Source: Ginglymostoma cirratum
Taxonomy: Eukaryota
Length of the DNA stretch: 64,000 nt
Direction: 5' to 3'
NCBI GenBank assembly: GCA_024137785.1
Contig: JAHRHZ010000098.1
Location: 38,669,231 to 38,733,230, forward strand
A model generated the notes under the pieces. The model saw only the letters and a program-made list of their open reading frames with translations, was not told where the DNA came from and did not search any database. The position numbers were made by a program, and so were the translations under genes. Below are positions 49,996 to 62,418 of this stretch, one piece after another. The first letter of the stretch is position 1; the number at the start of each line of letters is the position of its first letter.

Positions 49996-52829
49996 CAATT
50001 CACTACCATTCTTGACTTAAAATGGGGGAAAATGTACTCTGATACCATAAAAGTTCTATACGCAATTTCTGAGATATTGCCAGAAACAGCCAAGTGAAAT
50101 ATCACTATCACTATGTTTAGATAGTATATACAGTTTTTCATGATTCCAACGACACAAAAACAAGCATATTCAATCAATAGTTCAATCTTATTGCTCTCCA
50201 AGTGGCATTTTATTGAAAGAATTATTTGCATAGCATTAACTTTTTGCTTGAGTATATTGGAGGCTATCAGACATAAAATCAAATTTTCAAGTACGGACTT
50301 ATGAATTATCTGATCAATTCTGGCAACTAACAGGAGGAGGTGAGTGTGCTTCAAAATTATGAACAGGGTATTAAATGACTATTTAAATGGGAACATTGTG
50401 CAAAGATACAAGGAAAAGTGAAGAGATTGGCACTGTTGGTGCAAACACAATGATCCAAATGGCCTCCTTCTGAATCGTACCAATTCTACAATTCCGTGAA
50501 AGTTGTTAAAGCTCATCCAGTTCACAGACCTGGAATGTGTTCACTTGCGTGTTTTTATAGTGAAATTCACTCACCAATTTTAATTTTATGTTGTTACTGT
50601 AGATGTAAAACATCTAAGCACTCCTTACATCATCAACAGTTTAGGGGCCACTAGTACTGCCTGGAATGTTCGTTTAATCACAACTTTGAAAGAACAGGTA
50701 AAAAAAAAACTTTTCAACAAAACAATTCACTTCAAAAATGCAAACTTTTCTCGAGAAAATGATTTCAAGGTTTATCGAGTAAAAACATCCAAATGTGTTA
50801 AGTATAGCTTTGAAAAAGAATGGCATTGGTAGATTTTCAACCTAAAGCAAACATCCCCTATAAATACAACCTCTATTAGCATATGCGAGTCATAGATCCT
50901 GACCAAAAGCATACATGTAGCACTGACAAAGTATCAAGCAACCCGCAAAGCTATAGAACAAGTCAACTCTCTCAAACCCCTCAACACATCACTCTGAAGA
51001 GAATGCACAAATTTGGTACAGAGAAAACACAAACCCAAACTGGAGTTGACATAACAACTATTGTGCGCTATTCAGCATGACTGTATCAAACTCAAAGTAT
51101 GGTAAACAGCCATATCAATATTCATAATTGATCATATTACAAATGCTGGGTTGAGTAAATAGTATTAATGTGAAAATATGGCAAGCTGTTAATGCACAAG
51201 TTATTTCTATTATTATTGATGGTTATTTTTAATCTTAATTTTTTTGCTGAAATAAAATTGGGAGAAAGGATTAAAACAACGAAGTTACTATACCGCAGAA
51301 CCCTGCTTTCGCGCGGGTCAATGCACTAAATGTGCTTTTTACTTACATGAAGTGATGTTCTTTAATAGTTCGAAATACTCCCAAATGTACTTTTTTTTCC
51401 CAAGCCATCAATTTATCATCTGTGTACTCAACAATAATCTTTCTTAAATAATATGTTGTTTGAAACAATATATCCTATTTCACTCGAGCCATTGATTGGG
51501 GGCAGTAACTCCCAGAACTCTTAGTAATTAAAAACTCTGGTGCAGCTCTCTGAAGAGTCAGTGTTTTTCTACCTTCTCCAGATCTCAACCTGCAGCATGT
51601 CACCATTGCACCTGGCACATTTTTCTAGACTCAAAGTACACACCAAATGATTCAATTATACAACATTACCATACGTTTCACACAGTACTACAGAACATGA
51701 TGAACTCCATTTAAATGCATATACTAATGTATTATATATCATAGAAAATTTTATATACTTAATAAAAGCCACTTCATCAAGTTTTCTGATTAACCACTAC
51801 AGATGAGCCAATTATATCGAGCGATACAAATCAACCACTGTTTTAAAAAAGGTGGTACTAATACACTAGTCCACAAAATCTATTTCAACTAACAGGGAGA
51901 AAACTGTGTTAATCCTCTCATTAGAATCATCACAAGAGTTTTCACAGAAACCCCAACATATTGTACATGTGAACAGACTTCTCCCTGGTCAGTTGTAAAT
52001 ATTTGGAAATCTGCCCTACGGCATGGAAAGATTGTTACGAACAGACGTGACTCTCAAGGTAAGATGACTGTCCTGTGACACTGTACAGCTACTCATCAAA
52101 TTACAGCAAACTTTGTTTTAACCAGCACCTTATGAACCGGCACTCATGATAAACTGACAAAAATTAGATTGTTTGCTGTATTATTCTGTCCAATTATTAC
52201 AGATTTTTAAAAAATATATACACCTCAATCTAACTATATTTCTTGTTCAATCAAATGGCCACATGAAGTATCAACAGATGATCCAATTGCAAGTCAATTT
52301 CTCCTCAAGTACTACAAAGTCCAAGAGGTCAGTTGAAGGCGAGAGTGAGAAGGCTCTCTGCTGATAAGTTTTATTTAAGGCAAAGCTGCATTACTATTTA
52401 AGTGATTTATGCTGTAAATAGAAGTATAATAGTGATGTGTATACCACTGTATTACACTTCTATCACTTAGCATCTGCTTTTACTTTAATTATGTGGACCT
52501 CCTGATTATTGGAATATTGATCAATCAGCACACCTCTGGTGCCACAGGTGCCTGACAATAATAAGGTTACTGTAGTTATTGTGGTGTCTGTTGATTAACT
52601 CTGAACGAGGTCCCATGAGACCAAAAATGATTGCTTATTACCATCCTGCTTTAAATCAAAGATGATTGTTTTAACTTGCAGCTGGAATTTTTTTTAATGC
52701 ATTAGGTTGCAACTGAATGGAGATACATGACATTAAATAACTGGTAGACTACTAGACTGGAAGAAATTCAGAAACCATATACTAAATGTAATTAGAAGGA
52801 GAGCTACATTTAAATTGGAGGAAGTTTGG

Positions 52830-53900
52830 TTAAGGTTCACGAGGTTGATTCCTGGCACGAAAGAATTGCCTCATGAGGAAGGATTGAGCAGCTTGGGCCT
52901 ATATTCATTGAAAGGAAGGAGATTTTATTGGGAAATTGGAAGGGTTGATACTGAGTGGATGTTTTTATTTACCCAACTAGTTCATTAATGTCCTTTAATC
53001 TAGGAAATCTGCTGTCCTTACCTGGTCTGGCTTACATGTGACTCCAGATCCACTGGGCAGTTAGGGATGGATCATAAATGCTGGTCTAGCCAGCAATGTT
53101 CACAGTCCACAAACAACTAAAACAAAGTCATGGGAGAAATCTAGAACTAGAAGACAGAGATTCAGAATAAGTGGTTTCTCATTTCACATGGAGACGAGGA
53201 AGAATTTCTTGTCTCAGACAGGTGTAAATCTTTGGAATTTCTGTCCCAGACTTTTTGGAGGGTCATTATACAAGTTCCAGGCTGAGTTAGTTCAAGAAAC
53301 TGTCTACTGGGGAGCAAAGCCAGCATTTATTGCCAATCCTAAGTTCCCTGGAGATGATGATAGAGAGAGATAGAGAGATGATAGATCAACTGCTGTAGTG
53401 CATGTGGTAGTCTGCAGTGCTGACAGTGAGGGAGTCCCAGGATTCTGACCCAGTAACTGCGCAGAAATGATAATGTATTTCCAAGTCACGATGATGTATG
53501 ATAATGGAAGGGAATTTACAGGTGGTGGTGATTCTATACATCTGCTGCCCTTGATCAATTAGGTGGTCGAAGCAGTGGGTTTGAAAGGTGCTGCAGACAA
53601 AGCCTCCACAAGTTGCTGCAGTGCATCTCGTAGATGGTATGCACGACTGCCATTATGCACCAGTGGTAGAGAGTGAATGTTTAAGGTGGCGGATCAAGTG
53701 TTTTGGCTCTGACGGCAATGCATCCTTGAGGATTGTTTGAGCTGCTTGAGGATTACTGAAGCTGCAGTCATCTCAGTTACGGGGACAAGCAGGAAAGCAA
53801 AGTTGAGGCCAAGTTCAGCTATAATTCTACTGAATGACAGAGCAGGTGTGAAGCATTGTATAGTATACCCCTGCCCTAGCTTCTCATGCTTTCATGTTCT
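52830..53900. mobile_element. Nested cluster: CR1 3' part (+) with tRNA-SINE (52972-53125, +) and CR1/L2-group LINE tail (53305-53710, -)
   Basis: aggttcacgaggttgattcctgg (RFTRLIPG); SINE body ttcattaatgtcctttaatctaggaaatctgc; CR1 resumes with tctagaactagaagacagagattcag. Confidence 0.75.
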
Positions 53901-54083
53901 TGGCAGAATTTCAAAGTGGCCTACTTGCTTGACCAACTTTTCAAGTTGCAAGTAAATGGAAGGAAAAAAGATGTACAATGGAAAATATCCTGTCAATAAA
54001 CTGCCAGAATCATTCCAAGTCACTCAAAATGGTCCACAGGATAACAGCTGGAATTTAATAATTTATTGATGACTCAATTTCAC

Positions 54084-54376
54084 AGCACAGTGGTTAGCAC
54101 TGCTGCCTCACAGTGCCAGGGATCTGGGTGTCTGTCTGGGTGGGTTTCCACTGGGTGCTCCAGTTTATCCCGCAGTCCATGAATGTGCAGATTAGGTGTA
54201 TTGGTCATGCTAAATTGTCCACAATATCCAGGATAAGTCCAGTGTCCATGGTAAATATGGGATCATAGGGATAGGGTGGGTTGCTGGGTCCGGGCAGGAT
54301 GCTCTGCAGAGGGTCAGTGCAGGATTCAAATGGGCTGAATGGCTTCTTTCTGCACTGTAGGGATTCAATGATTCTA
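54084..54376 (+). mobile_element. HE1-type V-SINE, internally deleted
   Basis: cacagtggttagcactgctgcctcacagtgccaggga...gtgggtttccactgggtgctccagttt...catgctaaattgtcc. Confidence 0.88.
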
Positions 54377-55316
54377 TGAAAGGAAACTATTTTAGGCTCA
54401 GCACTGTTTTAATAGCATGTCAAATAGTATTTTATACTTATTTTATTTCATCAATTGAAACTCTAAACTGCAATTTTAAAAAGGATTTGGTATATCAAAG
54501 GAAAGAAACAAAGATCTCTTCTCAGTACTCCTATTGTAAGTCCACAGCATTTTTCACTTTACGATAACATGACCTTCTGGGCTGAACGTGCCAAATCCTA
54601 GCCTCTCGAGCACTTGAATTTATCATCCACCTGTGGCTTGTTTGATAACTTCTTGTTTGCATGTTTGGAGTGGAGTTCCTTGTAATAACTAAGCCACAAA
54701 TTTCTGACAACTCTTTTAAATGCAGGTGCTTAGTTACTGCTGCAAATGCACTGACTGTGATGCTGCATCAGCAACATCTACAACCACAATAACCACAAGT
54801 TAGTTCTGTTTCACACCAAAATTATTGTAAAGTGATCTTGTTAGATTTGACATATTACTGTAACAATGCTATTTGCACTTAAAAGACATGGTTCAGTACC
54901 CTCAAGAAAAGATAAGTGAAGTAACTAATTCACTAGCAATAATGCAAAAAATAGTCAACGCTATAACTTATGTATGTCAATGGGGTACATCAAGGGATTT
55001 GTCTGTATATTGCACACTCAGCAGTGTGTACAGCAAAGGAATTTCTACATCACATTAAGCTAAATTTAAAAGGCATGTCTGCAATCAAAGATAATTTCCT
55101 ACTATTTCAATTTGAAATTGTATGAAGTATTAATCTATCGAGATTTCGAGCCCACTGATCCAGAGTTTCCAATTCTAGTTGAATGCACTTCTGGAAGCTT
55201 CATCACACAGTCATCAATATTCAATTCATACTCCCTAGTACTGTCATTGGCCACCCAATAATTCCCAACCATCTTCTTGTAGGAAATGAGACGGAAAGAG
55301 ACTAATTTCCTAAGTG

Positions 55317-55484
55317 AAAATCGAAAGAACTGCGGATGCTGTAAATCAGGAACAAAAACAAAGTTGTTGGAAAAGCTCAGCAGGTCTGGCAGCATCTGTG
55401 AATTAAAAAATCAGAGTTAACATTTCAGGTCTGGTGATCCTTCCTCACAAAACATGTTCTTTTCCAACAACTTTGTTTTTGTTC
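55317..55484. mobile_element. PLE-terminus mini-element with partial inversion and 15-bp TSD
   Basis: Same family as 43175-43414; ctaatttcctaagtg (55302-55316) and ctaatttccttagtg (55485-55499). Confidence 0.88.
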
Positions 55485-56564
55485 CTAATTTCCTTAGTGG
55501 ATGGGCCTTTTTGTCAGACAAACAGCCAATATTTTTATGGCTAATAAAAAATGCTAAAATATCTCGAAACAATACTTTTGTTAACGTCCTTATGATTTTT
55601 AATTGTGGTTTCTTCACCTGCAATAATTTTTCCTTCTGCTCACACATCACTAGTACTCCTCAAAAAATCTCTCTTTATCTCCTTTCGACATCATAACTGA
55701 AAACACATCATCAGTTTCTACATGCGCGACACTATATCATACTGAATGGAATAGATTTCAATCAGATCTAGTAACTCAAGACCAGGCATCCATGAGGCGC
55801 TGCAGGCCATTAGCAGCAGGAATATTCCGTTACAATCTGAAATCTCATGGCCCAGCATGTTCTTTATCTTCATTACCAACCTAAAAGTGCAGGAGGGTAT
55901 GCAATTATAAATGAGGTATCATCCTGGTGAAGCTACATCAAAGGAATACTTGCATGCCAAGCAACAGAAGCAGCAAATGACCAACATAGCTAAGTGATCC
56001 CACAAACAATGGACGAAACCTCTGCAATCCTGCCACATTCCATTATGAATAGCAGAGTTAAATAAAACCACTGAGATGGCTGCACAAATGTACCTATCCT
56101 CAATGATGGGGGAGCCCAGTACATTAGCACAGAAGGTTAAGGCTGTAACATTTGAAATAAGCTTCAGGTTGCCATTCGGCACATCTGGCTATGTCCTTCT
56201 GAGATTTGCATAATAATAATCTGCTCACTCGCGCTCAGTTTGGATTCTACCATGCCCACGTAGCTCCTAGCCTCATTACAGCATCAATCCCAGCATTTCC
56301 AAAATAGCTGAACTCAAGCAGAGATGTGAGGGTGACCACTCTTAATATCAAAGCAAGATGTGACCAAGTATGGCATCAAGGAGCCCTAGCAAAGCTGGTC
56401 AATAGGCATGAGGAAAATGCCCCTCCGCTGGTTGCAGTCACATCAAGTAGAAAAGATGGTTGTTGGAATTCAATCATCTGAGCCATATCCTCAGGGTAGT
56501 TATTTTCTATATCAACTTGTTCAGAAATTTTATTGCAGACCTCTGGAGCAGGTGGGGCTCGTTT

Positions 56565-56913
56565 TTAAAATTCATTCACAGCATGTGGGTGTCGCTGACT
56601 AGACCAACATTTATTGCCTGTCCCTGATTGCCCAGGGGACAGTTAAGAGTCAGCCACATTGCTGTGGGTCTGGAGTCACATGTAGGCCAGATTAGGTAAG
56701 GATGGCAGTTTCCTTCCCTGAAGGAAATGAGTGAACCAGATGGTTTTTTCCAATAATCGACAATGGTTTCACGGTTATCAGACTCATAATTTCCAGATTT
56801 TTAAAAAAATTGAATACAAAATCCACCATCTGCCATAGCAGGATTCAAACCCAAGCCTCAGCTTCACTGTATTAACAGTTTAGTGATAATACCGTGAGGC
56901 CACTGCCTCCCCT
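56565..56913 (-). mobile_element. tRNA-derived shark SINE, full length
   Basis: Same family as 39814-40114; inserted within a short tRNA-headed element (56512-56960). Confidence 0.88.
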
Positions 56914-57216
56914 TAAACCGAGTTCAGAGATGGGACACTACCACCGTGCCACAAGAGTCTCCAAACATCCTCAGGGCAACATCCTAGGCCCAACAACTTC
57001 CAACTGTTTCATCAATGACTCTCCCTCCATCATAAGGTCAGAAGTGAGTATGTTCACTGTTGATTGAGCAGTGTTCAGCACCATTCACTTCTCCTCAGAC
57101 ACTGGAGCAGTCTGTGTCCAAATAGAGCAACACCTTGCCAAGGACCATTTGTGCCTCACCAGTGCCAGGTAATAACCATTTCAAACAACAGAGAATCCAA
57201 ACATTACCCTTTGATT

Positions 57217-57400
57217 CAGAGATAATAGGTACTGCAGATGCTGGAGAATCCAAAATAACAAGGTGTGGAGCTGGATGAACACAGCAGGCCAACCAGCATC
57301 ATAGGAGCAGGAAAGCTTGATAACAAGGTGTGGGGCTTTCCTGCTCCTATGATGCTGCCTGGCCTGCTGTGTTCATCCAGCTCCACACCTTGTTATCTCG
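57217..57400. mobile_element. Palindromic PLE-terminus mini-element with 15-bp TSD
   Basis: ataacaaggtgtggagctggatgaacacagcaggcc...ggaaagc inverted against gctttcc...ggcctgctgtgttcatccagctccacaccttgttat; cattaccctttgatt at 57202-57216 and 57401-57415. Confidence 0.9.
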
Positions 57401-58019
57401 CATTACCCTTTGATTTCAATGGCAAAATTATTGCTGAACTGTCCATTATCGACATTGTGGGTTGGTATTGACCAGAAACTGAACTGCATCAGCCATATAA
57501 GTATTGAGGCTTCAAGAGCATGTCAGAGGCTGGGAATGCTGTATCTACTGGCTCCTCAAAGCTGCAAGTCAGGACTGTGATAAAGTAATATTCATTTGCA
57601 TAGACGAGTGTAGTCTTAACAACACCAAGAGGCTTATCACCATCCAAGAAACAGCAGCCTGCTTCATTGGCACTCTATACATGACCTGCAACATTCACTC
57701 TCTTCACCACCGACACACATTGGTAGCAGTACTTTCTGAAAGATGCACTGCAGCAAATCACTAAGGGTCCTTGGACAGCACATTTCAGTTCTATGAATAC
57801 TACCACCTAGAATAACAAGGGCAACAGATACATTGGACCACTGCCACTGCAAGTTCACATCTAAGTGAGACACCATCCTGATTTGAACTATTATGATCTT
57901 TCCTAAATCTGGTGAAGGCCTCCTAAACAACACTGTTGGTATATCTAAACAAGGTGGACTCCAGAAATTCCAGAGCATGGCACACCACCATTTTAAGGGC
58001 CATTACGGATGGACTGCTG

Positions 58020-58890
58020 ATCCTCAATTCCACCTCAAGTCTCTTGACCTGCTCAATGTTCTTAAATTGTTTGGCTGCTCATCTAACATCCATTACTGGA
58101 TGAGCACAAAATTCTTCCAAGTGAATACTGGAAAGACTGAAGTCATTGACTTTAGTCCTAGTCACAAATTCTGTTTCTTAGCCACTAGTTCCATTCTTCT
58201 CCCTCACAAATATGAGAAATGAAGTAGACTCTTTGCAACCTCTGTCATATTTGACCCAGTGATGAGCTTTGATACACAACACTGCTCATTTCCACCAGTG
58301 TAATGTCATCCAGACTTTACCCTGCGTCAGCTCAGCTACTGCTGAAACCTTCAGCTGTTCCTTTGTAACCCTGACACTCATTATTCCAATGTAGTCCTAG
58401 CTGGCCTCCAATTTTTCTACCCTCCATAATTTGAGATTATCCATAACTCCGCCATCTATGTTCCAACTCATAACATGCCCTATCCATAAAATCACACTGA
58501 CCTATACAGTCAACACTGAAGTGGTTAAACAACACTTTAGTTTTGAAATTCTCAGCTTGTTTTCAAATCCTTCCATGGATTCATTCCTCTTTATTTCCAG
58601 CAGCTATACAATTCTGATCTATCCTTCCCAACACTGGTTCTCGAGTATCACCATTTTAATCGTTCCACCTCTGGTGGTCATCCCTCTGGTTCCCAAAGCC
58701 CATACCTCTGGAATTTCTTCCCTGAACCTCCACCTCTCTTGTTTGAAGATACTCCTTAAAACTTACTTCTTTTGTCAACTTCCCAAATGTCCCTCTGTGT
58801 GACTTGTCACACAAAATCAAATTTTGTTTGATAATGCTCCTGGGTTATGTTTTACTATGTTAAAATATACTGTAGAAAAAGCAAGTAGCT
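58020..58890 (+). mobile_element. L2 LINE RT C-terminus and 3' tail
   Basis: NIHYWMSTKFFQVNTGKTEVIDF; ctttgtaaccctgacactcattattccaat; L2-type tail. Confidence 0.8.
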
Positions 58891-60431
58891 CACAACAGTA
58901 TCTTTGCAATTAAATTTCTAATCTTGGAGACTTCAGTTTAGCCCTGGATTGGTCCTCACGGTATTTCCTAATTCTATGCTACTTCAATTTAAAATTTCAG
59001 AAGTGCTCTGCCTTTCCCAGTCTCTAAGCATTTAAAATGCTTCCTATCACAAAATAATTTACTGCATATATCCAAGCAAGTTCAGAGTTTGTTACAATTC
59101 TAATCAGGCTGATTGCACCCTGAAATTATTAATAATTTTGTCTACCTATATGCTGTAACGCCAATTGTTCCAAAGCAAGCACCAAGAATTAACATCAATA
59201 GAACTATTTGTAAGCAATGGGTAAGATTCAAAAGATCAAACTGTGCCACAACAATTAAGTATTTTCCAAATTGGTCTCTTTCCCAATGTAACAAAATTCA
59301 CAAGACAGCGTGCCTTGTTACATTAACAAATTAGAAACAATCAATGCTTGTCTAATATTAGACATTTTCTCAACTTACTACATGTCCTTCCTCCTCACTG
59401 TAATGAACTCTAAACCTTCTGTGTCATGTAATACTCACCAAATTCTTTCCAGCAAAGTAGCACCCACCAAGGACTTTCCAGTTCATACTGCCTGTAAATA
59501 TTTATAACACAGGGCTTATCATCCCTAATCACAAATAAAATTACCTTCTATTTAATTTGCTACGCATGATGGATTTATGTTTCCCAAACAGCAAAGAACT
59601 CTGTCATGGATGTTAAACTTGATCAGAATAATTTTCAAGCTAATATAAAACTTAAGTTTCAATGAGAATGAAGAACTGTAAAATAAGTTATTTACTTGCT
59701 ATACTGCACAAGGATCTCAGATGACAAGTGATAACCATGTTATAGAAAATAAGATTGTCTAAAAGACGCGAGAAGTACAAGATCTAAAAACTTAAGAAAA
59801 AAGCAAGGCTTTCCCTGTAAGACAGTGCTCAGACAAAAGCAGTTTGAATTCCATTTTTTACTAGGTGCAGATTTTCTTGGACAGAGTTATAGCACTTTTT
59901 TTTAATAAAAGGACTTCAAATTCATACAATTTACAGTTTTTCAAAAAATTATTTCATAATATTATTGATCATGCTGTGGATTGTGGCTTGGAAATAATAA
60001 GCAGCAGCTATCAGTAACCAAGCTGAGCACCAGATTCGAAACAGAAGTTTTTAGGGTCTGTTGTCCACTTGGAAACAGAAGACCGCAGGGGTGCTGGAGA
60101 GAAACCAGAGTCAGAGTGAAGAACTTGTACCCTAAACCGAACCAGGAACCAAGAGCCACTCTAACGACTGCAGAGTTTCTAGATGGTTTCAGAAGCATAA
60201 CTTTATAATTTAAGCTTCCTGCGTTAACCTACTAGGCTGTCTCCTGTTGCCTGAAAGGTAGAACTTTACAGCTTAAAACAACCAAATAGATTTTGGGATG
60301 TGAATTTTAATTGTAATCTAGAACTTAACAAGTATCACTATGCTAATTGATGACATTTGTAAATGACAGAAGTGTTTATGGAAATGTCACACTATGGCAG
60401 TATAGCTGGCTTTAGATACTTTCTAATCAAC

Positions 60432-61110
60432 CACTGGAGCAGTTGGAACTTGAACCCAGGTCTTCTGGCCGAGAGGTTGGGACACTAGCTGTGCCATAAC
60501 AGCCCTGAATAGTTGCCTTTAGAATTTTTTTAAATTAAAAGTTGTGCACCTTCATGAAAATAGTCTAGATATTCTCAAATGAACCTGTTCAGATATTTGA
60601 TTACACACCTCTGGAGCAGGTGGGACTTGAACCCAAGTCTCCTAGTCCAGAGGTAAGGACACTACCTCTACTCCACAGGAACCCTTAAAGATTTAAGTTG
60701 CCATTGTCCTATCAGACCCCACAGTGGCACTTGTATTAGAGGGGCAATTGGAGGTGGTTTAGCCTGAGGGTCACCACACCTCAGGCAAAGGGAGAGGCTG
60801 AGAATTCTTTCATGGTCACCTCAAACTGTGCAAAATAGCCTGCTTAGTTTTTTTTTTTACATCAACCTGTTCAGAGATGTTATTATACATCTCTGGAGCC
60901 AGAGGGACTTGAACCTAGGACTTCTCAGAGGGACAGACATTACCATTGCACCACAAGAACCCTTAAAAGTTTAAGTTGCCATAGTCCCATCAGAGCATAG
61001 AGCTCCACTTGCATTAGACAGATAATTGACGGTGGTTTAACCTGAAAAGTCACCACACCTTAGGTGACAGGGAGTGTTTTTCATGATAACCTCAGCCAGT
61101 GCAAAATAGA
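60432..61110 (-). repeat. Tandem ~283-bp composite SINE-derived units with tRNA-like heads
   Basis: 60582-60840 and 60864-61110 are diverged direct repeats, partial third head at 60432-60505; minus-strand B box ggttcaagtcc. Confidence 0.75.
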
Positions 61111-61434
61111 CAAATTAGACAATTCATGAACTACCTTAACCAATTTAAAGGAATTACATCAGTCCAAGTCCTATATGAAATATATTGCAGCACAGTTTCA
61201 ACCATACAAAGCTGCACGAGTGACAAAACACATAGGCAGCAACCTGATGGCAACAATCAATAAGTTAACAGGATGCCAAGTGGTTAATATGGAAGGCCTT
61301 CATTTCTAATGTTATAAACCACAGAAACTGTGGCTTTATACAAATTCAACCTTATAAGTGACAGAGTTAGGCACGTGTTATGGATGAAAACAAATGTCGC
61401 CAAGTGGCAACAGGAGATAACTATGTTCGAGTAG

Positions 61435-61666
61435 TGATGTAGTGATTGGAACGAGGTCAGCCAGGTGGATTGTGTTGAGTATGAAACCCCTGATTGGGGC
61501 TGCTAACCTGAGCCAATTGTGAACCCTGGCTGACAGAAGTAAACAGGATGGTCAGGGGTTCTGTTCACTCTCGGGACTGAGCTGTCTTGTCAGAGTCCAC
61601 GTACTGTGCATGTGTAAATAAACGGTGACATGATTATGGGATACTGGTCTCTGTGCTGTTATTTCA
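61435..61666 (+). mobile_element. Solo LTR (232 bp)
   Basis: TG...CA termini, 5-bp TSD agtag (61430-61434 and 61667-61671), CCAAT-like sites and AATAAA near 61617. Confidence 0.8.
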
Positions 61667-61759
61667 AGTAGTAACAATTTATTGACAAAAAAGTTGTGCT
61701 TTTAATATCTGCATAATGATCAGGATGGGTAGGACTTACAAAGAATTGAAATCCTGGGA

Positions 61760-62400
61760 TGAATAACATTGATTGTAGGAAAAAGCAGTATTAATTTTGA
61801 ATCCAACAGCAAGCCCAAAGAGAGGGAGATATTTGGATGATTATATTTGAAGCTTAGGAAATACAAGAATTATTAAAGGATGCAAAGCATCTTTAAAAAG
61901 GATACAGACACATCTTAAAAGGCAGTTGAGATGGCTGTGAAAAGAACTACGGGATCCTGGGCTTTATATACAGATAAACAGAATAAAAAGTAAGGTGGTC
62001 AAAAAATACTGGTTAGGCCATGCTCAACAATTTTGTCCAATTCCAGGTATGCAACTTTAGGAAGAAGAAAGATCCTGGAGAGGATACAGAGGGATTTACT
62101 AGAATGCTAGAAGGAGTGAAGGACTTAAGTTTCATCCATTATTCTGAGAAGCCAGAAGTGCTTTTCTTAGACCAGAGAAGATGAAAGGGAAATTTAGCAG
62201 AGGTGTTCAAAATTAGCAAGGATTTAACACTATGAATAGACAGCAATTGTTTTCAGTGACAAAAAAGGTCAGTAATCAGAATACAAACTTAAGGCAACTG
62301 GCAAAAGACTGGTGGAAGAAGGTCAATTTTGTCGATGCAGCAAATTATGATGGATTGAACTGTCAGAAACCAAGTGAATAATAACTTACAACTGAGAATT
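61760..62400 (+). mobile_element. Old CR1 LINE fragment
   Basis: gagagggagatatttggatg, ctggttaggccatgctc, ctggagaggatacagagggatttactagaatg (LERIQRxFTRM). Confidence 0.75.
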
Positions 62401-62418
62401 TTGGGTAAAAGATCAAAC

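Larger units (their letters stand above)
55770..58015 (+). mobile_element. Degraded CR1/L2-group LINE ORF2 hosting three younger insertions
   Basis: tgaccaagtatggcatcaaggagccctagcaaagctg (DxVWHQGALAKL), ctaggcccaacaacttccaactgtttcatcaatgac (LGPTxFNCFIND), accatccaagaaacagcagcc. Confidence 0.8.

Noticed and set aside
59962-60208. Overlapping ORFs on both strands in a GC-balanced unique patch, tested as FBRSL1 exon 2
   Set aside because: No similarity to the recalled KDMALKPxER... exon 2 peptide and no matching splice pair.
60582-60690. tRNA-like sequence with A/B boxes
   Set aside because: No complete cloverleaf; continues into a SINE tail and recurs as diverged copies, so it is a SINE head, not a tRNA gene.
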